Shown here: piece by piece, positions 11,056-19,864 of the stretch | Position numbering within the stretch: the stretch's first letter is position 1 | How the letters are laid out: each line of letters opens with the position of its first letter | Source: an uncultured Pseudomonadota bacterium | GTDB lineage: Bacteria; Oederibacteriota; Muellerivitia; Muellerivitales; Muellerivitaceae | Length of the DNA stretch: 64,000 nt | Direction of reading: 5' to 3' | Assembly: GCA_963770835.1 (NCBI GenBank) | Contig: CAVYRH010000004.1 | Location: 480,001 to 544,000 of the forward strand | The notes under the pieces: model-generated | Database searches by the model: none | What the model was told of the DNA's origin: nothing | What the model saw: only the letters and a program-made list of their open reading frames with translations | Program-made: the position numbers and the translations under genes

Positions 11056-12144
11056 GTGATCATTGGGGTGCCGAAAGAAATCAAAGACAACGAATACCGC
11101 GTCGGGGTGGTGCCGGGCGGCGTGGAGGAGCTGAGGGCCGCCGGCCACCGGGTGCTCATTGAAAAAGGCGCGGGCCTGGGCAGCGGCATTTCGGACGCGG
11201 AATTCAAGGAAGCGGGCGCCGACATCGTCCTGAAGGCCGAAGTTTTCCGCCGTTCTGAAATGATCCTCAAGGTCAAGGAACCCCAAGTTTCCGAGCACCG
11301 GTTGATCCGCCCCGGCCAAATCCTTTTCTGTTATTTCCATTTCGCGGCCTCGCAAGAATTAACCCGGGCGGTCCTCAAGACCAAGACGGTGGCGATCGCT
11401 TATGAGACTATTCGTCTTTCCTCCGGCGAGCATCCCCTCCTGACGCCCATGAGCGAGGTGGCGGGGAAGATGGCCATCCAGGAGGGCGCCAAATACCTGG
11501 AGCGCTCCATGGGCGGCAAGGGGATTTTGCTGGGGGGCGTAGCGGGGGTGAAACCCGCCAAGGTGGTGGTCTTGGGCGGCGGGGTGGTGGGCAGCAACGC
11601 CGCCAAGACCGCCGCCGGGCTCGGCGCCCGGGTGACCATCCTGGACATCAATCCCGGCCGCTTGCGTTATTTGGAGGACATCCTGCCCAAGAATGTCGTC
11701 ACCTTGGTTTCCAACCGCCGCGTGGTGCGCGAGGAAGTCCGGGAGGCGGACCTCCTGGTCGGCGCCGTTTACATCGAGGGGGCCAAGGCGCCCCGCCTGG
11801 TGACCGGGGCCATGGTCCAGCAGATGAAGGCGGGTTCGGTGATCGTTGACGTGGCCATCGACCAGGGAGGCTGCGTGGAAACAGCCCGCCCCACCACGCA
11901 TAGCCGCCCCGTTTACACCCAATACGGCGTGGTGCATTATTGCGTGACGAACATCCCGGGAGCGGTGGGGATGACCTCCACCTACGCCCTCACGAACTCC
12001 ACCCTGCCTTTTGTCCTGGAGATCGCCCGGCATGGATACCAGGAAGCGGTCCGCCGGAATCCCGCCATCCAGCACGGGTTGAATATCGACCGTGGGGTTT
12101 TGATCCATCCAGCCTTGAAAGCCGCCTTCAACAAGATCCGTTGA
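11056..12144 (+). CDS. ald: Alanine dehydrogenase
   Basis: MIIGVPKEIKDNEYRV, LLTPMSEVAG, GGGVVG, DVAIDQGGCVET and HYCVTNIPGAV; GTG start after GAGGTG. Confidence 0.96.
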   Translation: MIIGVPKEIKDNEYRVGVVPGGVEELRAAGHRVLIEKGAGLGSGISDAEFKEAGADIVLKAEVFRRSEMILKVKEPQVSEHRLIRPGQILFCYFHFAASQELTRAVLKTKTVAIAYETIRLSSGEHPLLTPMSEVAGKMAIQEGAKYLERSMGGKGILLGGVAGVKPAKVVVLGGGVVGSNAAKTAAGLGARVTILDINPGRLRYLEDILPKNVVTLVSNRRVVREEVREADLLVGAVYIEGAKAPRLVTGAMVQQMKAGSVIVDVAIDQGGCVETARPTTHSRPVYTQYGVVHYCVTNIPGAVGMTSTYALTNSTLPFVLEIARHGYQEAVRRNPAIQHGLNIDRGVLIHPALKAAFNKIR

Positions 12145-12150
12145 AGGCGG

Positions 12151-12256
12151 AGGTTTAAATTCTAAGTTTTGAATTTTGAGTCTTTGAAAAAATCCCATTG
12201 ATTAAATCAATGGGATTTTTCCTTAACTCAACACTAAAAACTCATAACTCATAACT
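12151..12256. repeat. Empty heptamer-arm element with central palindrome
   Basis: TAAATTC-TAAGTTT-TGAATTT-TGAGT ... AAAAATCCCATTGATT/AATCAATGGGATTTTT ... AACTCAA-CACTAAA-AACTCAT-AACTCAT-AACT. Confidence 0.8.
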
Positions 12257-12269
12257 GGAGGTTTTAAAA

Positions 12270-12983
12270 TTGCCGACCGTCTTCGCCAGCGTGAGCATTA
12301 CCCTGATTCTTTTTTTTGCCGCCACCCTCGGTATGGCCTATGCCCACTTCCTGCCCCCCGGACTTCACATGCTTTGGGGATTTTTTGTGGCGCTTCTCAT
12401 CGTCCTTCTCCAGTGCCTGATTTTCGGGTTTTTCATCGGAAGCGGGAAATCCATCAAACGGGTCGTTCAGGAAAACGGGCTTAATCCGGAATGGATCCAA
12501 AAAACGAAGGATTATAAAAACAAGTCTTATCCTATGTTGATGTTGGCCATCGTGGTGTCGGTGGCGGCGGCGGTTGTGGGCGGCGGCGTTTCCGCGGGTT
12601 CGGTGCCCCTGTGGGTCCACCAAGTCCTGGTTTGGTGCGCTCTGGGGACCAACGTCTACTCCCTATGGACCTCCTATCGAGTGGTGGTGGAAAACGTGGA
12701 AGCGATTCATCGCATCAACCGGGAAGTCCAAATTTTGAAAGCGGGAGGGCCTTCTCCGGCGACGGCCCTGACAAGGGAAGAAAAACGGGAAGCGACTCCT
12801 CTCCCGGCAAAACCACTTCTGGCCTCTCATTTTTATTTCCTGGCCGCGGCGGTTTGGGTCCCCTACCTCTACATGAAGTTTTCCCTCGGAAGCCGGACTT
12901 TTCCTTATTGGCCTTTTGCCGTCCTCAGCTTTTTTTTTCTCCTGGCTGGACGGTTGAGAGCCCCCAAAACCCCGAAGAACTAG
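12270..12983 (+). CDS. Hypothetical multi-pass membrane protein
   Basis: GGAGG RBS, TTG start, about six hydrophobic segments. Confidence 0.7.
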   Translation: MPTVFASVSITLILFFAATLGMAYAHFLPPGLHMLWGFFVALLIVLLQCLIFGFFIGSGKSIKRVVQENGLNPEWIQKTKDYKNKSYPMLMLAIVVSVAAAVVGGGVSAGSVPLWVHQVLVWCALGTNVYSLWTSYRVVVENVEAIHRINREVQILKAGGPSPATALTREEKREATPLPAKPLLASHFYFLAAAVWVPYLYMKFSLGSRTFPYWPFAVLSFFFLLAGRLRAPKTPKN

Positions 12984-13134
12984 CTGAATTACCGAAGAAA
13001 AAGCTTTTTCCCAGGGGCAAATCGGCTAAAATGTCGCCCTTGTCATCCTAGGCCGGATTTACCGCATCAAATCACCGGATTGGCTCGTCCAAAGGTGACG
13101 CGGGTTTTCAACTCCAAAAGGTCAGAATTTATTA

Positions 13135-13893
13135 ATGAAGCCTGTTCAAAAAATTAACCTGGTTATGGCACTGACCCTTCTTTTCGGCGGTATTTGCGCC
13201 ACGGGATGGGGCGATGCGGAAAATCCGGGGGATTATCTTCATTCCCGTACCTACCTTGGCGTGGTTGGGACCTCGGTCAGCGTCGACACGGGCGGGATGT
13301 TCAGCGGGCTTAATTATTCCAGGATCGACAATCCCACCTACGAAGTCGACTTGATACCAGCCTTGGACCAAAATTTCGGCTTCGGTGTCCTCTTAGGACA
13401 CCGGGAAGAAGCCTGGGCCGTGGAAGTCAGCTACTGGCAGTCGAACCATAACGCCACTTTCGGGCCGGGAGTGGTGGGTTCGGTCTCGGGGAGCTCGGTC
13501 ACCTTGACCCAACAATTCCAGGACACCGCCGTTTATAGTTCGGTGAACGTCGACTTCAAACGGTACTTTTTTACCGAAGCCCAAACCCAGCCTTTTATCA
13601 GCCTGGGCGTCAGCTTTCCCTGGATCACGGTCAACAATGCCGCTGCCGACGCCAATGGCAATATCGGGCCCCTGACCCTGGCGGGTCTTGGATTGAACCT
13701 GGGTGTCGGCGTGGAGTATTACCTTTCCCCCAACCTTTCCTTCTTCGGGGGCGCCTACAAGCGTTGGGCCAGTTTCGACGAGTTCAAGGGTTTGGCCCTC
13801 GAATACAACCAAATTGCCCAATACGGCAGCTCACCGACCTACGAGGGAGGCGGCTTTAATTTCGCCGTCGGAACCTCCATTGGAATTGAGTGA
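13135..13893 (+). CDS. Outer-membrane beta-barrel protein (OmpW/OMP_b-brl-like)
   Basis: Signal peptide; alternating beta strands (FGFGVLLGHRE, QPFISLGVSF, GLNLGVGVEYYL). Confidence 0.75.
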   Translation: MKPVQKINLVMALTLLFGGICATGWGDAENPGDYLHSRTYLGVVGTSVSVDTGGMFSGLNYSRIDNPTYEVDLIPALDQNFGFGVLLGHREEAWAVEVSYWQSNHNATFGPGVVGSVSGSSVTLTQQFQDTAVYSSVNVDFKRYFFTEAQTQPFISLGVSFPWITVNNAAADANGNIGPLTLAGLGLNLGVGVEYYLSPNLSFFGGAYKRWASFDEFKGLALEYNQIAQYGSSPTYEGGGFNFAVGTSIGIE

Positions 13894-13929
13894 GGCCGGC
13901 GGATGAGGAATTTTCAAGGAAGGCTTAAA

Positions 13930-15000
13930 GTGAAAAAGACGCTGATCGTATTACTGCTGGCCATGCCCGGGTTCGGCGCCCTGATCCTCAACTTATCTTG
14001 TTCCGCCAAAACGCCGACGGCCGCCGATAATTTCCAAAATCCCGTCCAAACCATCGTCGGGATTAATCCAACCCTCACCTTCACGCCAACCTTCACTTTT
14101 ACGCCTACTTTTACCCCTACCTCCACTGGCACGCCGACAAACACCCCTACCCCCTATGTCACTGCCACGCCTTGGACGGGCTTCAGCGGGCCCTCTGGTA
14201 TAGCTGTGGACCACAGCGGGAATGTTTACGTGGCGGACACGGGCAACAACCGTGTCGGGAAATATAACCCCAATGGTTCCTTGGTGATCGGCTGGGGAAC
14301 CGCCGGAATCAAAGGCAAAATTCCGTACCCTACCCCGGTGGGCGTGGCGGTGGACGCGGTCTCAAACCTTTACGTGGTGGGAAGCGGGAACCAGGTGAGT
14401 AAATACGGCCTGGCGGGGAATTTAGTCACTTCCACGTTCTCAGCCTCCCTGACTTTTTCAAACCCTCAAGGTGTGGCGGTGGACGGTAGCGGCAATGTTT
14501 ACGTTAGCGATTCCGGAAATAACCGGATCGTCCAGTTGAATTCCAGCGGTAACGCCACCGGTTTTGGCGGAAGCGGCATCCTCAGCTTAGCCTCCCCGGT
14601 CGTGATCGGTTCCATCACCATCTCTTCGCCGGTGACCCTGGCCGGTATCGCCGTTAACGGCGGGATTGTTTATGTCGCCACCCAGGGCACGGGGGTCAAC
14701 GGCAGCAGTTACAGTTCGATTTTGGGTTTTGATGCCGCCACGGGTAATACCACGACTTTTGTCCTCCCGGGTTTTGTCAATCCCACGGGAATCGCGTTTG
14801 ACTCCCTCGGCAATCTTTATGTGGCGGACACGGGTAACAAACAAGTCGAGGAATTCGCGACAGGATCCTTCAGCCAAGTGCCGCTGGCTTTCAACAATTC
14901 CAGCATGCTGGTGAGTCCGAAGGGGATCGCGGTGGACCCAAGTTTCAATATTTACGTGACGGATTCAGTGGCTAACGATGTCGTTAAATTCACGCCTTAA
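13930..15000 (+). CDS. NHL-repeat lipoprotein with Thr/Pro linker
   Basis: Lipobox LNLSC; TPTFT linker; repeated P.G(I/V)AVD..GNVYVAD.GNNR blades. Confidence 0.85.
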   Translation: MKKTLIVLLLAMPGFGALILNLSCSAKTPTAADNFQNPVQTIVGINPTLTFTPTFTFTPTFTPTSTGTPTNTPTPYVTATPWTGFSGPSGIAVDHSGNVYVADTGNNRVGKYNPNGSLVIGWGTAGIKGKIPYPTPVGVAVDAVSNLYVVGSGNQVSKYGLAGNLVTSTFSASLTFSNPQGVAVDGSGNVYVSDSGNNRIVQLNSSGNATGFGGSGILSLASPVVIGSITISSPVTLAGIAVNGGIVYVATQGTGVNGSSYSSILGFDAATGNTTTFVLPGFVNPTGIAFDSLGNLYVADTGNKQVEEFATGSFSQVPLAFNNSSMLVSPKGIAVDPSFNIYVTDSVANDVVKFTP

Positions 15001-15015
15001 AGAGGAAGTTTTAGG

Positions 15016-16203
15016 ATGAAAAAAAGTTTTCTGTTCTTAATCCTGGCGGTGGGACTGGCCATTCCTTTCGCTTGTTCTAAAAATAGTAATCCCATCAGCC
15101 CGGCCCCGACAGCCACTTTCACCCCGGTGCCTACCAACTGGGCGGGTTACACCAACACCTTTACGACGACATCGACGCCGACCGCCACGCCGACGGTCAC
15201 CGGCGTAACTGCCACGGCTACGTCAACGCCGACCTCTACTGCTACATCGACCTCGACGGCCACCGCCACGGCGACTCCTCCGGGTCCCACGGGTACCCCC
15301 ACTAATACCATTACTTATACTCCCACAATTACGGGTACCCCCACCTCGACCCCCTATACCCTGACCCAGCCCTCCGCAATACAAAATGGGCCCTCTGTCG
15401 AAGATCCCAACGGGGTGGCCTATAATTCCACGACAAGCCTTCTTTACGTTGCCGAGGGGGAAGAGGGGGCTTCCGGAAACGAAGTCCAGGTTTTTAACTC
15501 CGGCCTTGGCGCGGTGACGACTTTAACGTCTTATAGTTCGACGCCTTTTGGGAACCCTTGGGGTATAGCCGTGAACTCGGCTGGTACGACCATTTACGTA
15601 TTGGATGCGGTAAAAAACGCCGTTTATGCGTTTAATGCTTCCTATGCCCCGGTGACTTCTTGGTCGGGTTACGGCGGGGGTTCCTTCAATGCCCCCGAGG
15701 GAATAGCCGTCGATTCAAGCGGAAATGTTTACGTGGCGGATACACAGAATAATATGGTCGATGAATTCACTTCCGCCGGGGCTACGATTGCACAGTGGAA
15801 TGGGGCGGATAGCGGATATTTATCCTTTGTTGAACCTAGCGCCGTAGCGATCGCGGGAACCACCATTTTTGTGGCGGATGCCGACAATGAAGTGATTCGT
15901 CAATACAGTCCCCTCGGAACCGTTGCTACCGCGCCCATTACCACTGCCGCCGGCTCGGATATTTTCGGCGTCGCAGCGGATGGGAATGGAAACGTCTACG
16001 CAGCCGACGCCTTCAACAGCCAGGTCCAGATGTACACCACTGCGGGCGCTTTGGAGACCGCCTGGACCGGCCCCTCAGGTGGTTCCACCTTCGTCAGCCC
16101 CGATGGCCTGGCCCTGGTGGGGACGGGCGATATCTGGGTCACCGACTTTGCAAACGGGCCTTCCAGTACGGGAACTTTAACCGAATTCGGGCCTTTACCC
16201 TGA
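15016..16203 (+). CDS. NHL-repeat lipoprotein with Thr/Pro linker
   Basis: Lipobox PFAC; Thr-rich stalk; FNAPEGIAVDSSGNVYVADTQNN blades. Confidence 0.85.
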   Translation: MKKSFLFLILAVGLAIPFACSKNSNPISPAPTATFTPVPTNWAGYTNTFTTTSTPTATPTVTGVTATATSTPTSTATSTSTATATATPPGPTGTPTNTITYTPTITGTPTSTPYTLTQPSAIQNGPSVEDPNGVAYNSTTSLLYVAEGEEGASGNEVQVFNSGLGAVTTLTSYSSTPFGNPWGIAVNSAGTTIYVLDAVKNAVYAFNASYAPVTSWSGYGGGSFNAPEGIAVDSSGNVYVADTQNNMVDEFTSAGATIAQWNGADSGYLSFVEPSAVAIAGTTIFVADADNEVIRQYSPLGTVATAPITTAAGSDIFGVAADGNGNVYAADAFNSQVQMYTTAGALETAWTGPSGGSTFVSPDGLALVGTGDIWVTDFANGPSSTGTLTEFGPLP

Positions 16204-16392
16204 TATAAAAGCCTTTCCTAACCCTAATCAAACCAAAAAAAGTCCGGTAAAGACAACGTTCCTTCAGCGCAGACTTTGGCCGCCCCCGCCGCTGTACCCA
16301 AAGTTTTCTTTCTTATTCCCAAAACCTCAAGTAAAATAAGGGTTCGTGGGAGCCGTTTCGGTCAATTTTAGAACGGGGGTATGGGGCGACGA

Positions 16393-17178
16393 ATGAAATT
16401 CCATAAAGCCGGTCTGCTTTTGATGATTTTGGTTCTCGTGGCGGGTTGGGTGACGACGGTTTGGGCCGATGAAGACTTAGACTCGATGATTTCCGGCACC
16501 CATAAAAACGACTTCATCCAGGAACGCAGTTACATCGGCGTTGTGGCGACCTCAGCCGATATCGACCAATATGGTGATTTCACGGGCACTGGTACATTTT
16601 CCTATTCCGGATCAGCAACCGTTAGTAATGCTGTTACGGAAGTGGATTTGATTCCATCCATCACCCGGCAATTTGGTTTTGGGGTTTTGGTAGGCCACCG
16701 GGAAGGGCCCTGGGCCTGCGAAATCAGTTTCTGGAAGAGCAGTCATACCGCTACCTTTATCCAAGCCGGTCCCGTTACCATCACCAATCCCGCCAGCCTC
16801 CAAGCCCTCAACATCGATTTAAAGCGTTATTTCTTTACTACGCTCCCAACCCAACCGTTCATCAACCTCGGCCTTTCATTTCCCTGGCTTTACGTGCAAG
16901 ACGGGTCCTACCTCGTCAGCTCATCCGGCACCTCAAACAACAACGAAACAATATCCGGAATAGGGTTCAACATCGGGGCGGGCATGGAACTTTACCTGGA
17001 TAATAATTTTTCGCTCATCGGGGGGCTTTACGAGCGATTCACCGAGTTCGATCAAATCAATGGCGCCTCTAAAATACCATTGGACCAAATGTACTTTGAC
17101 GGCAACCCCTCCGATATTGGAGCTCTCGCGGGCAACGGCCTTAATATCTATGTCGGCACAACCTTCGGCGTTGAGTGA
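16393..17178 (+). CDS. Outer-membrane beta-barrel protein, paralog of 13135..13893
   Basis: Shares EVDLIP, FGFGVL.GHRE, KRYFFT..TQPFI.LG.SFPW and VGT..G.E motifs with 13135; signal peptide. Confidence 0.75.
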   Translation: MKFHKAGLLLMILVLVAGWVTTVWADEDLDSMISGTHKNDFIQERSYIGVVATSADIDQYGDFTGTGTFSYSGSATVSNAVTEVDLIPSITRQFGFGVLVGHREGPWACEISFWKSSHTATFIQAGPVTITNPASLQALNIDLKRYFFTTLPTQPFINLGLSFPWLYVQDGSYLVSSSGTSNNNETISGIGFNIGAGMELYLDNNFSLIGGLYERFTEFDQINGASKIPLDQMYFDGNPSDIGALAGNGLNIYVGTTFGVE

Positions 17179-17374
17179 GGCCTTTTTAAGAGAATCGATT
17201 TTGAAGAATCCTTTCTTTCCCATAGTGCACAAACGGGGATAATACCCTAGGCGTTTAAAAAGCCCAAAATTTCCGTATTTTCGCCTAATTCGGGGCATTT
17301 TTCCTTTAGTACCAAATCCAGCAAAATTAGGTAAAATTAAACCAGTCGATCATAAAATTCTTTCGAGGCGGCCT

Positions 17375-18694
17375 ATGAAAAGACTACTGATACTTCTTAT
17401 CCTCTTGATGGGTTTGGTTTTCCCATGGGCTTGCAGCGACAACCACACGCCTTCAACGCCATCGGCCCCAGCACTTGGAGGCGGTAATACCGCGACTCCG
17501 ACGGGTACCGTCACCGTTATTAACGCGACTGCTACTGGTACGATTCCCACTTTCACGCCCACAGGCACTCCTACCCCCACGGGGGCGGTCGCTTTCACCC
17601 CCACCATCACATGGACCTTCAGGCCCACACCCGCGTACGACAACAATTATGGAACTTCGGCTGCGCCTAATGGCATGTACTACAACGGGACGCTTTATAT
17701 CGCGGAGGCAGAAAACAGGGCAGGCACGGTCGTGAGCGCGTTCGAACAATATGCAAACAGCGGCGGAGGAGTCTTGGCTTACAACGGTATGGAAAATGGA
17801 ATTGTGATCGGCCAAGCGACGCCTTGTGCCGCATTTTTGCCTACCCCCTATGCCTATACTATCACCGCCTATAATTTCCCAGTGGGGGTGGCTGTCTCCT
17901 CGCCGGGGGGTTCTGGAGTACAAGGTCCTCCAGGGATGATAGAAACGTTGGATGCCCAGCCCGGTAGCGGTAGCGCAACTTTGTATGCCGAAAATAATTA
18001 TGTATTCTGTGATCCCACGGGCTCCGCTGGTGTTGGAGGGCCATTTATGAATCCAACCAACGGGTTCGGCGGGGCCCCCTTTAACAATCCCAAATGCTTG
18101 ACCGCGGATTTACTTGGCCATTTTTACGTCGCGGACACGGGGAATGGCTATGTTGACGAGTTTGACGGTGGAGGAGCCCTCGGCTCGCCTCTTTATTCTC
18201 CCAGTTGGCTTCACCGTTGGAACGGTCCCGGGAGCGGTTATCCCAGCCCGTCGTTTAAAAAACCCGTCGCGGTCGCCTGCGATTCCGGCAACAACGTTTA
18301 CGTCGCCGACGCCGGTCCCTTTGTTTCCGGCGGGGTCAACACGTCCGTCGTTCAAATCTACTCGTCCGGTGGAACCAGCATCATCGGTTCTTTTTACCTC
18401 ATTCCCGGCTGCGTCGTTAACGGCTTGGCGACGGACAGCGCCGGGGATTTCTTCATCTCGGACACGAATAATGGCGAAGTCGAGGAATACAATGTCATCG
18501 GTTGGACTTGTTGTTCCACCGCTCCTCCCACCGTCTTTAGCCAAGTCGGTTTGGTCAGGGCCTGGGGGGACCCCCATGGTTATCATGAACTCCAACCCTA
18601 TACTCCCTCCTGTATCGGATTTCTGGGAGGGGGCTATGTCGTTTCGGGGGACAGCGGCAATGACTTCCTCAACGTTTTTGGACCCCTTTTATAA
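17375..18694 (+). CDS. NHL-repeat lipoprotein with Thr/Pro linker
   Basis: Lipobox PWAC; FKKPVAVACDSGNNVYVADA and FYVADTGNG blades. Confidence 0.8.
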   Translation: MKRLLILLILLMGLVFPWACSDNHTPSTPSAPALGGGNTATPTGTVTVINATATGTIPTFTPTGTPTPTGAVAFTPTITWTFRPTPAYDNNYGTSAAPNGMYYNGTLYIAEAENRAGTVVSAFEQYANSGGGVLAYNGMENGIVIGQATPCAAFLPTPYAYTITAYNFPVGVAVSSPGGSGVQGPPGMIETLDAQPGSGSATLYAENNYVFCDPTGSAGVGGPFMNPTNGFGGAPFNNPKCLTADLLGHFYVADTGNGYVDEFDGGGALGSPLYSPSWLHRWNGPGSGYPSPSFKKPVAVACDSGNNVYVADAGPFVSGGVNTSVVQIYSSGGTSIIGSFYLIPGCVVNGLATDSAGDFFISDTNNGEVEEYNVIGWTCCSTAPPTVFSQVGLVRAWGDPHGYHELQPYTPSCIGFLGGGYVVSGDSGNDFLNVFGPLL

Positions 18695-18738
18695 GGACAA
18701 ACAAAACGGCAGAAAATTTTCCGATCAAAAAAAATTAG

Positions 18739-18771
18739 AAAAGCCCGGGATTATCAATCCAGGGCTTTTTT
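18739..18771 (+). terminator. Rho-independent terminator
   Basis: AAAAGCCCGGGATT-atc-AATCCAGGGCTTTTTT. Confidence 0.7.
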
Positions 18772-19040
18772 GTTATCCGGTATTTTTGCCGCGATCCATC
18801 CCCCGGTTGAACGGATCAACCCCCGCGATTTCGGCCAACAAGACCTCCGCCCCATGGGGTTTAATTTTTTTCGAAGGGTGGATAAGCATTTTACAAGTGG
18901 ACAGCGACGCCACCCGTGGAGTAAAAATGATGGATTGGTAAGGAGTTTTGCGATGGGTTGGAACTGTTCCAATAAGGGCTGGATTCCCGCTTGGCTTAAA
19001 TCCGGCGGTTGATACTCAAAAGCCATCAGAAAGGATTGAA

Positions 19041-19787
19041 ATGAAAACGTTCCTCAGGGGCCTCTTTCTCCTTATCTTGTTCTGCGCCGGCTTGAAGGGG
19101 GTCGCCCGGGCCGGGCAGGAGGTCTATCTTTCCACTTCCCCCAATGAACGATACCGGGTTTTCGTGGAACAGGACATCGACCACCGCGTGGGGGACAGGA
19201 TATTCTTCCGCTATCCCCTGATGCTGGTGAACGTGAGGAGGCCCGACCACCATTTCTGGATCCTGGACGCGGGGAGCCCCCTCATCCATGAAACCGAAAA
19301 GGGGACCTTCAAGGTGCATTGGGACGATACCGACCCAACCGAACCTTCCTCCATCCATTTCCACTGGTCCCCGGACAGCCTCAAGGTTTTCATCGATCTG
19401 GAAGCCATCGAGGGGATTTGGAAGACTTATTACGTGGATGTGAACACCGGCAAAACCACGGACATTACCGCCGACCTGCAAAAATATCTGGTGGCCAAAA
19501 CCGAGAGTTGGGCCTGCGAGCAACCCAAAGTGGAGCTGGTGAAATGGACCAAACCCAACCTGGCCTTTTTCCGCCTCACCGCCACCTGCGGAAAAAACAA
19601 GGAAAAGCTCAACGAAAGCCTCTTCTACCAAATGGATTCGGTCCTTTTCGACACGGAAAAGGCCGCGGTGGTGGACGATTGCATGGGCTGCAAGGATGAA
19701 AAATCGGTCAAGGACTTCGATAAGTATTATTTGAAATCCATCCCCACTCCCACGCCGACGCCCGAGGAAACCCCGGTCGCCCAGTGA
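19041..19787 (+). CDS. Hypothetical secreted protein
   Basis: AAGGA RBS, signal peptide MKTFLRGLFLLILFCAGLKGVARA, PTPTPTP tail. Confidence 0.7.
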   Translation: MKTFLRGLFLLILFCAGLKGVARAGQEVYLSTSPNERYRVFVEQDIDHRVGDRIFFRYPLMLVNVRRPDHHFWILDAGSPLIHETEKGTFKVHWDDTDPTEPSSIHFHWSPDSLKVFIDLEAIEGIWKTYYVDVNTGKTTDITADLQKYLVAKTESWACEQPKVELVKWTKPNLAFFRLTATCGKNKEKLNESLFYQMDSVLFDTEKAAVVDDCMGCKDEKSVKDFDKYYLKSIPTPTPTPEETPVAQ

Positions 19788-19864
19788 CAACCCGCCCGCC
19801 CCAAGGGCCGGGCTCTTTTATTTCCCGCGCTCTCTTTCCCTCTTGAGATACTATTTTTTCCCTT

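Noticed and set aside
16279..16300. GCCCCCGCCGCTGTA resembling a cobalamin riboswitch segment
   Set aside because: The upstream GGGAA/GGTG..AATCC core and downstream B12 box are absent.
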